This document shows positions 54,726 through 64,000 of a DNA stretch of 64,000 nt, piece by piece. Made by a program: the position numbers and the translations under genes. The number at the start of each line of letters is the position of its first letter. The stretch's first letter is position 1. The stretch lies in contig NC_068990.1 in the NCBI RefSeq assembly GCF_001194135.2, positions 72,068,990 to 72,132,989 of the forward strand, written 5' to 3'. Under the pieces are notes generated by a model. It searched no databases and had not been told where the DNA came from. It saw nothing but the letters and a program-made list of their open reading frames with translations. Source of the DNA: Octopus bimaculoides. Taxonomy: Eukaryota.

Positions 54726-55850
54726 AACACTAATTTGGAATGACGCATGTATTTCAATGTATTTGAAGATTGTTTTGGAATTATAAAGTTCTAGAAATTT
54801 TCCATCATGCGACCATCTTGGGTGAATGCCTTTACTATTATCTGAAATCAACTTGATCCCTGCATACGAAACTATGTAGCTGGACACTGTGCAGAGCCTG
54901 TCAGATAGTGAAAACTTGTAAACAGAAAATAAAACTTGTAAAAAATCGTAAACCCAGGATCTCATAAAGTGGGCCATCGTAAAGTGAGGTATTACTGTAC
55001 TTTGTAATAAAGGGTTTTGTAATATAGAATCAGTTTCAAATGGATTGCTCACAAGGTCAGGTCAGGCCAGGTGTGTGTGTGTGGGGGGGGCATGTGTTGT
55101 TGTAGTGTGTTGCTGCATTTACCATTTGTTGGTATATTCCTGTGTCCTCCCAGGAAACACATCAAGCAGAGTGCCAGTCAGTCTCCATATCTGTGAGATA
55201 CTTCCTCATTTGCTGTGACTATGTAACATGTGGTTGACCAACAGGAGCTGTCAGCCCAGTCAGATTCTCAGTGAAGAGAACACAGTAAACAGAGTCTAAC
55301 TCAGAAAATCAACCAAATAGTCTGCTTGCAGGACATGATTTTATTTCGCATAAAATAGTTGCTAAAATAAAAATTGTAGTAAAAACAAAAAAAAATAAAG
55401 GATTATTCTTATTCTTTCATTCTTTTACTTGTTTCAGTCATTGGACTGCAGCCATGCTGGAGCACCACCTTGACACACAGGACTTATTTCTTAAACCTAG
55501 TACTTATCCTATAGGACGCTTTTGCTAAACTGTTAAGTTACAGGGATGCAAACACATCAACACTGGTTGTCAAGCAGTGATGAGGAGACAAACACAGACA
55601 CAAAGACACACACACACACACATTTTTATATGATAGGCTTCTTTCTGTTTCCATCTACCAAATCCACTGACAAGGCTTTGGTCAGTCCGAGGCTATAGAA
55701 GAAGACACCTTCCCAAGGTGGCATACGGTGGGACTAAGGCTGAAACTACGTGGTTGGGAAGCAAGCTTCATACCACACAGCCATACATTTTATTAATTAA
55801 TTAATTTATTTATTTATTTATTTATTTATTTATTGTCTTTTGTTAATCAG

Positions 55851-56145
55851 GATAGTGTCATGGATGAGAATAAAGGTCGCCGCTTTATAATCACTTATCA
55901 CCCAGCAGATCAGAGGATTATGGTTCATGAGCCACCTTCTAGAAATTCTGGCATTGTAACTGGAAAGTTCCTTAATTTAATGAAAGTTCCCAAACCTAAC
56001 CACGACCCTGAAAACCCCATCTACTATGGTATACATGACTTCTATATTGGAGCAAAAATTGACCTTTTTGAACACAGATTCATCATTACCAATGCAGATC
56101 TATTTGTCTTGAAATATATGGAGGCACATAAAGACCAATTTTCCA
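55851..56145 (+). CDS. EFHC1: EFHC1 exon G, DM10 domain 3
   Basis: tgtcttttgttaatcAG| ... TCCA|GTAAGT, 295 nt, phase 0/1. DSVMDENKGRRFIITY...HEPPSRNSGIVTGKFL...YYGIHDFYIGAKIDLFEHRFIITNADLFVLKYMEAHKDQFS. Confidence 0.94.
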
Positions 56146-56599
56146 GTAAGTTGTATACTATTTTATGTATTTTTTTTTATTCATTTACCCTTTTCAATCA
56201 ACATTGAATCATATACATATATACTTATGCATTTGTCTGTCAGAATGACAAGGACCACCTAGTCATCCTCAAGGGTGACTGATAACTTGAACAGTGACTT
56301 TGATTAATCCGTTAACATTCAGATTACTCTGTCAAATGTAATGCTTATTTATTCACATTGCTTTGAATTAATCATGCATTATCTTATAACTTTCAAATAT
56401 TCCCAGATATTTATAACTGGACCGAGGTTCAATTGCCTTCATCATTTCACCACTTGGCACATTGTCCTTCTTTTCTGATAAGCTTTCGTCATCTCATCAT
56501 TAGCGTAGCACATTTTGTATTATTATTATTCTTTTCATCTCTAATGTTATAAATATTTCAAAGGGACTGAACCCAGAACCATGTGGTTGGGAAGCAAGC

Positions 56600-57330
56600 T
56601 ACTTGGTGCATTCCAGACGTTTTGAGATGTTTTTAGAAGAGGCAGTTATAACTGCCATAGATTATTGTTATTTTAATATATCGTTACTATGCATTTAATA
56701 AGCTGACCTGCCAATTTTTATTATTCTAGATTAAAGGAGATAAGTGTAACAACAATTTGAGCAAACCCTACTAAAATCCGCTTGTCATAAATGATTAGTT
56801 TGCAGAATGCAGCCAGGATGTTTGGGAGCTTGCTCTGCAATAAAGTTTTGTGTTAAACAGTAAAAGCACTACAAAAACTTATGAAATGTTTCAGACTGCT
56901 TATGGATTAAATTTTCCATTTTTCAAGGATGATAGAGAAGAGGTGACAGACAATGAGAAGTGTGTGAAAAAGAGGGAGGTCAAAACATCAGAACTAGTTG
57001 AGAAAATTCAGAGTTTTCTGGGCGAAGGCCATTGTGTGTCTATAAAGACAATAAGCATACAGTCTGGAGTTGGTGTGACAACTGTACACAGAATTATTCA
57101 TGAATTTCTGAATATGCACAAAATGCGTGCAAAGTTTATTCCCGGAGTGCTCAGTGAACAGTCTCTTGGCAATCAACTACTTGACAGAGATGGGCATCAA
57201 AACCGTCCCTCACCCTACCTAGTCTGGACCTTGCTCCTTTTGACATATGGTTGTTCTCCAAACTGAAGGAGAAACTCAGAGGTAGTCCTTTTGCCGGTGA
57301 AGTAGACGAACATGAGTTATATTTTTGTGA
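56600..57330 (+). mobile_element. Mariner transposase remnant
   Basis: KTYEMFQTAYG, HRIIHEFLNMHKMRAKFIP and a frameshifted PSPY/SLDLAPFDIWLFSKLKEKLRG (YSPDLAP-like). Confidence 0.8.
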
Positions 57331-58919
57331 ATGATTGCGTTTGAGAGAGCAAGAGAGGAAGAGGGAAAGAAAGGAATAGATAACGTGAGCAATGTGTATG
57401 TTGTTGTCACAGATTACGTATGTGTGGTTGTGTGTGTTTTTACGTATCAATGTTATGAAAAATAGGTAAAGAATACTGAGATGAAAGTTTAATCTATGAC
57501 GTTGTATGTATCACTTTCTCTCTCTCTGTTGAGCGCGTGTGTAAGAACGCTGTTCCAGGTAGAAGGGAAGAAATATAAAAGTTGCTAGAAACAACAGCCA
57601 AATCTCCCTTAAATCACACAAAGTAAACGGAATTTTAAAAATCTAATTACTGCACTGGAAATTTCACATCGAGAAAATTCCATTGATGTAAAAATTTTTA
57701 TGAAAAAGTGGAAAATGTGGATTTCTATAAACTTTTAAAAAGGCTTCACACAGACACACAACTTCAGTTTTATATATTAAGATATACACACACACACCTT
57801 TGTATGTATGTGTATATATCTATAGCTATCTATCTATACATATTCATACATATATATATACAAATAAACATATACATATATATACACACACACACTCTTA
57901 TAGAAAGCTTAACAAGACACACATCAATATAAATATATTTTTATGTATTTCTGTATGTATGTGCATATATGTATGTATATATGTATGTATGTGTGTATGT
58001 ATGTATGTATGTATGTATGTATGTATGCATGCTTGTATGTTAATTTGTCTGTCCGTCTACCTAAAGTGTAGCTCGTTATTTTGAATATTTGCTGTCGTTT
58101 TATTGATTTGTAGGTCGGTTCATTTAAACAGACATTAATGAATTAGGTATTTATTCCTCAACTGATATCCATATATCTCTGTGCTAACGAACATCTCACC
58201 ATTAATTTTACATCAAAATTTCCAATTCCATATATATGTGCAATTCACTTCATATTGGTGAGAAATTTAGTTATGAAATTATGTGTGTGTGTATGTCTAT
58301 ACATCCATACATACATACATACATACATACATGCATACAAGCATACATACGTACAAACATACGTATGTACATACATATCATCACTATCATCCTTTAACGT
58401 CCATTTTTGATGCTGATATGGATTGGACATTTTAATCAGGAACGGCAAGCAAGAGAGCTGCACCATGTTCCAGTCAGATTTGGTTTGATTTCTAATGCCA
58501 ACCATTTTACAGTGTGTGTTGAATGCTTTTAATGTGGCACTGGCACAGGGATCTTGCTGGCCAATCCTCTTCCTCAGAGGGAATGGCATTAACACTTCTG
58601 CTGATGGGGACGGGGTACCAGATATCTCAGTCGTTTGTCATCTCCACAACATTCAACGTCCTGAGGTTATTCTTCAGTATTTGATATATATATATATATA
58701 TATATATANNNNNNNNNNNNNNNNNNNNNNNNNNNNNNNNNNNNNNNNNNNNNNNNNNNNNNNNNNNNNNNNNNNNNNNNNNNNNNNNNNNNNNNNNNNN
58801 NNNNNNNNNNNNNNNNNNNNNNNNNNNNNNNNNNNNNNNNNNNNNNNNNNNNNNNNNNNNNNNNNNNNNNNNNNNNNNNNNNNNNNNNNNNNNNNNNNNN
58901 NNNNNNNNNNNNNNNNNNN

Positions 58920-58972
<53 letters not shown>

Positions 58973-58987
58973 TATATAAAATTTGTG

Positions 58988-59285
58988 GGTAAGGCCGGAA
59001 CAATACAAAATAAATCCAAGGTAAATCACAAGAAAATAGGCATATGAATTAATGGTGACTTACCCTGCATTCAATATTTCAGGATTATGAACCCCTCTTC
59101 AGGAATTAGTGAATGTTGCAGATGTACACACACATGTACACATATGTACATCTGCAACATTTGCTAACTCCTGAAGAGGGGGTCATAACCCTGAAATATT
59201 GAATGCAGGGTAAGTCATCATTAATTCATGTGCCTGTTTTCTTGTGATTTACATTAGCTTTATTTCGTATTGTTCCAGCCTTACC
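58988..59285. repeat. Foldback element with inverted arms of about 140 bp
   Basis: Arms 58988-59128 and 59145-59285 are reverse complements with about a dozen substitutions and a 16-nt spacer. Confidence 0.92.
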
Positions 59286-59614
59286 TACATGAACAATGCC
59301 AGGGCCGTCTAACTGGCTCCTGTGCCATCTGAACATGACCAATACCAGTGCCCCCTGAATGGCTCCCATGCTGGTGGCATGTAAAAAGTACTATCCAAAC
59401 ATGATTGATGCCAGGCCCACCTGACTGATTCCTGTGCTGGTGGCATGTAAAAAGCACCCACTATACTCTCAGAGTGGTTGGTGTAAGGAAGGGCATCCAG
59501 CTGTAGAAACATTGCCAAATTAAATTGGAGCTTGGTGCAGCCACTGGCTCTCCAGACTTCAGTCAAACCATTCAACCCCTGCCAGCATGGAAAACAGACG
59601 TTAAACGATGATGA

Positions 59615-59652
<38 letters not shown>

Positions 59653-59949
59653 AAATATGAAAAACATATAGCATCTGATACAGATGTTTAATGTGTAATG
59701 TTTTCATATTTATAAAGTAATGCAAGTTAATTATATATTGTGTGGGCTACTGTTGGTTTTAGGGGCTTAGTTTTCAGACCCTGTTTATATTCATATGTTA
59801 TAAAGGTGAGAAATATTTTGAAACTGTATTTTCTCCAACTCTCACTTTCATTAGTGTGAATAGCTTGCCCTCAAGAGCTGTGAATTTATTTGTTCCTACC
59901 AAAGTCACAGAGAAAAAAAAACATAAAATATTTGAAGTTGAAGCAAGGA

Positions 59950-60730
59950 ACCCCCAAACAAATAAAGGTGAAAATAATAGGTATTAGGGGAGGGGAAGGT
60001 AAGTGTTGGGCAAAGTAAATATAAAAATTAAGTAGGTGGAAAAAGGAAGGAAGAAAGTTAGAAAGTTAGAAAAGAAAAATGTGAAGATGATATGAGATGA
60101 GACAGTAACATATGTAATTCTAATGAGACAAAGATGATACTTCCAGCTGTTTAATAAATCTTTTTCAAAATTTCTGATTTACCAGAACACTTCTGATCTG
60201 TTGTTTAAATAAAAGTCACATTGATGAAAGCTTTTTAGGATTGTTTCTTCTCTTCTATGTACAACCTGCATTTTTTACTTTCATTTCAGGATTTTTCATT
60301 TATTAATATAGATTGAAGGTTTCCTTTTGATTGTTGGGTGTAGTGTGTCTATTTACTAACGTTTGTTTTATCCTGTAAATGAAGATGCATGATTATAAAA
60401 TTTTTGTTTAAATTTTCCATCTTTCATTCATATGCAACACTTACATATTTCTTTCAGATTATGTTTTATAGACATGGTGCCTACCTCAAAAGTTATTGCT
60501 TCCACATCACAGAATTTGTTTAGTGGGTATATATTAGAGCTCCTGCATCAAAATGTGCTTTGGGCTTCTTTTGGTGTTTGTTTTTCATATTTGAGGTGCA
60601 AGTATGGCTAATTTAAGATTGCTCTCTTTAAAAAGTTTCTACATCTATAGTCAGAGAGAAGTGCTTGTCTGTTAAAGTTAGGAAGTTTCTTGCTGTAGTA
60701 TATTTTGTATTAAGTGAAAGAAGTTACAAA
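59950..60730 (-). mobile_element. Decayed Penelope-like linker/endonuclease remnant
   Basis: Minus-strand fragments LWFV..F, ARNFLTLTDKHFS and ISHTCTSNMK resemble the PLE WFNPP..TNIG..FL.L.DKHF...SYSC.PNM linker. Confidence 0.6.
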
Positions 60731-60840
60731 CCACATAAGGTTCGCTTTGCTGTCAGTTCACTAAGCTGTCAATTCATCAGGCTGTTCACTTATCTGTCAC
60801 ATCATTTAGCCATTGCCTTAATAGTGGCATACCCATAGTT

Positions 60841-61003
60841 ACATTATTTACATTATCTACATTTGACGGATATTCGTCCTCATCTTGTTTGTTGTTAACA
60901 CAACGTTTCGGCTGATATACCCTCCAGCCTTCGTCAGGTGTCTTGGGGAAATTTCGAACCTGGGTTCTCATTCCTATCGATGTTACTATTATTATTATTA
61001 TTA

Positions 61004-61034
<31 letters not shown>

Positions 61035-61098
61035 CAGGTCGCTGCCGTGAATCGAACTCGGAACCTTGGGGTTAGTAGCCCGCGCTCTTAACCACTAC
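60841..61098 (-). mobile_element. tRNA-headed hammerhead SINE, left (inverted, 3'-shortened) copy
   Basis: Reverse complement of 61264-61516 over the shared span. Hammerhead motif at 60897-60942. Confidence 0.85.
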
Positions 61099-61263
61099 NN
61101 NNNNNNNNNNNNNNNNNNNNNNNNNNNNNNNNNNNNNNNNNNNNNNNNNNNNNNNNNNNNNNNNNNNNNNNNNNNNNNNNNNNNNNNNNNNNNNNNNNNN
61201 NNNNNNNNNNNNNNNNNNNNNNNNNNNNNNNNNNNNNNNNNNNNNNNNNNNNNNNNNNNNNNN

Positions 61264-61320
61264 TTAAGAGCGCGGGCTACTAACCCCAAGGTTCCGAGTT
61301 CGATTCACGGCAGCGACCTG

Positions 61321-61351
<31 letters not shown>

Positions 61352-61545
61352 TAATAATAATAATAATAGTAACATCGATAGGAATGAGAACCCAGGTTCG
61401 AAATTTCCCCAAGACACCTGACGAAGGCTGGAGGGTATATCAGCCGAAACGTTGTGTTAACAACAAACAAGATGAGGACGAATATCCGTCAAATGTAGAT
61501 AATGTAAATAATGTAAATAAGTCCTCATCTCTTAAATATAGAACT
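61264..61545 (+). mobile_element. tRNA-headed hammerhead SINE, right copy
   Basis: tRNA-like head (B box gagttcgattc), (AAT)n, tail with hammerhead, and a 3' hairpin agatgaggac / gtcctcatct. Confidence 0.85.
61413..61458 (+). ncRNA. Minimal type I hammerhead motif in the SINE tail
   Basis: GACAC CUGACGA A GGCUG gagggUauau CAGCC GAA ACGU U GUGUU: stem I, core, stem II, palindromic ACGU stem III, GUU triplet. Confidence 0.72.
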
Positions 61546-63019
61546 ATACCCATAGTTAGTTCATATAGCAGTCATCTGTCTGTGAAATCACCTAGCTGTC
61601 AGTTCACCTTAATGTAACCTCATCTAGTTGTCAAAATCCAGTCAGTGCTAAGTTCACTTAGCTGTCACTTGCCCATCTGTCACTTCACCCAGCTGTCATT
61701 TTACCTAGTTGTTTCTTCACCCAGCTGTTACTTTATTTAGCTGTCAATTTACACAGATGTCATATTACCCAGCTGCTAATCCCCTTTACTCTAGGTTCAG
61801 TTAACAACCAGTTCACCTAACTGTTGCATCACCCAACTATTTGTTGACTTAGCTGTTAGTCCACATGGTTGTTAGTCAACCAACTATCTGATCATCTATT
61901 AGTCCTTTCTTTACCTAGCAGTCAGTTCACCTAACTCTGTGCATTTGTCTAACTCCACCCATAAGTTTACCATGCTTTCAGTTTACCTAGTTGTCACTTC
62001 ATCCAGTTGTTACTCCATCTAGCTGTTAGTTTACCTAGTTATCACTTTATCCAGCTCTTAGTTTATCTATTTGTGAGTTCACTTATGTGTGGGTTCCACC
62101 TGATGTTGCTTCCTTTAGTTGAGACTTACTTAACTGCAACATCAATCACCTGACAATTTTCGCAGCCGTTAGTTCACCTAACTAGTTGTTAGTTTACTTA
62201 AATGTTAGTTCATTTCAATCAGCTATCTATTCATTCAGCTCCTACTTCACCTAAATTTTAGCCCACCTTGTAATCAGGCTACCAATCCATCACTTCATCT
62301 AGCTGTCACATTACATTGTTCTTTTATCTCCCTAATTGATAGTTCATATAGCTGTCTCTAAAGTTATCTTATATTTCAGCCTGCTGTTAGTTCACACAGC
62401 TATTACTTTACATAGCTGTCAAGTTACCTAACTTTCAAATCACCTAAGTGGCACTTTGCCTAGCTGTCAATGTACCTAGCATTTCATGTTTCACGTACGT
62501 TACATTGAAGTGTCACTTTCCAGCTGTCAGTTTTATCTACCCATTAGTTTACCGAGCTGTCAGTTTCTATAACAGTTATTTCACATAGCCATCTGCTCAA
62601 CTAACTCTTAGTTTACTTAGATATTTGTTGATTTAACTGTCCTTTCACTGAGCTTTTGGTTCATCTAGCTGTCAACCTGATCTTGAGTTTAGCTGGATAT
62701 TGGCAATATATGTCAGATCATTGAGAATGTTAATGTTACCTGAGATAGACTGGCATCCTTTCCAGGTAAAATATTAATTTCTCATTCCCTTAATACCATG
62801 AAACAAGAGGTAATTATAGTATACATATTTACAGCTTGACTGATTGGTCAGATATATTCTTAGCTTATAGCCAAAGCAACCAAACGTATGTGAAGATGAA
62901 CAAAAATATTGACCCACCACCCATCACCAAATAGTCCAATACTCTGTTGATCTGGCCAGTTTGTCTTTCATTGTGATGCATCTTCTTAATTGTCAGATTC
63001 TTTTCTTTTGTCATTCTAG

Positions 63020-63098
63020 GCTCTACTATCCAGTCTATGAAGGACAATATCAAAGTATCTAATAAGAATTTTGATGACAAGGTTCCATTCAAACGATC
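63020..63098 (+). CDS. EFHC1: Probable EFHC1 exon H (post-DM10 linker)
   Basis: Strong acceptor ttcttttcttttgtcattctAG| and donor TC|GTGAGT, 79 nt, phase 1/2, compatible with exon G. Gives (QFS)SSTIQSMKDNIKVSNKNFDDKVPFKRS, positionally like recalled human QYSPEALASIQNHV. Confidence 0.7.
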
Positions 63099-64000
63099 GT
63101 GAGTATTTTAACCTTTACAAATTCTTTTATTTTTCCATTGGTTTCATTTAACCACCACCACCGCCACCGCCGCCACCGCCACCGCCGCCACCGCCGCCGC
63201 CGCCGCCACCGCCGCCACCACCACCCTATCTTGTACTCTAACAGTTCTGTCTATACACTGTTTAAACAACTCCAAAAGGATGAATTTCAAATTTGACCTT
63301 AGTGAGAATTGAACTCATAGCATTAGAAGAAATACTGTAAGACATGCAATCCAATGTTCTAAAGACTTTGTTAATCTATCAACATATATGACCAAAGATA
63401 TTTGGACCTTGACCAACCTGCCTTTTGTGAAGTATCATGTTATCTAATTGATTGACAGATATATACACCAATCAGCAAACAGGTTTGTTTGCTAAAATTA
63501 CAAAACAAAGCTAGTGGATTGTTTAGGCTCAAAGGACTGGTGGGTACTTCAGGTTGACAAGACACATGTTGAAACACAGGTATCCCAGAATCCTTTGCTC
63601 TTATGAGCTGAGTGTGTTATGAACCCACTGTCAATGTAAAAGGAAGAAGTTGTTCTATGACATTTATAACAGAAGCTATCATCTGTATTTGAATCTGCTG
63701 GAAGGCATCAAAAATAGATATGCAAATTGTAGTTTATCAAATGAGTCCTCCACATTAAAAACAAAAACAGAACCAAACAAAATGGTAGTTTGATATTTGA
63801 GGGAGGTTTGGCTGCTATTTCTTGCAGGTTGAATGAACATATTTAGAAGCTTTGTGACAAACACTAGTATAACACAATAAATAATATGTTCACCACAGCT
63901 GTCTGAAGACTGATTGAAGATTAAATCAGCTCCGTTAAATATGTAACATGCTCATCATATTATATGCATGCTTATATGTGTGAGTGTGTGCACATGCATG

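Larger units (their letters stand above)
60745..62680. repeat. Degenerate 16-bp minisatellite (consensus about AGCTGTCAGTTCACCT), interrupted by the SINE pair
   Basis: Consecutive 16-mers, e.g. agctgtcattttacct agttgtttcttcaccc agctgttactttattt agctgtcaatttacac agatgtcatattaccc. Confidence 0.8.

Noticed and set aside
61264-61320. tRNA gene call for SINE heads (also 18815-18890)
   Set aside because: Weak anticodon stem, atypical ACU loop, and direct continuation into a repeated SINE body.

Overview
AT-rich, microsatellite-dense eukaryotic genomic DNA with nine N gaps. The repeat landscape looks like a coleoid cephalopod (Octopus-like); this is an inference from the repeats. The one recognisable host gene is a plus-strand EFHC1 (Rib72/myoclonin-1 family, three DM10 domains). 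I assembled eight GT-AG coding exons by hand (19631-63098, about 525 codons, phases consistent). The first coding exon was not found, and the EF-hand C-terminus probably lies beyond the window. Introns and upstream DNA are filled with tRNA-headed SINEs, RTE and R4/Dong LINE remnants, Tc1/mariner remnants, piggyBac- and hAT-type MITEs and several Penelope-like (GIY-YIG) remnants. The most unusual signal is a set of minimal hammerhead-ribozyme motifs. One sits in the tail of a tRNA-headed SINE, present as a head-to-head inverted pair flanked by a 12-bp direct repeat. Two more occur in Penelope-type contexts. EFHC1 also has a strongly diverged exon between DM10-2 and DM10-3 that lacks the usual PPYNGFG...EDS motif. 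Most ORFs in the supplied track are microsatellite or gap artefacts. All alignments and folds were done by eye, and TE boundaries are approximate unless a TSD or TIR is given.
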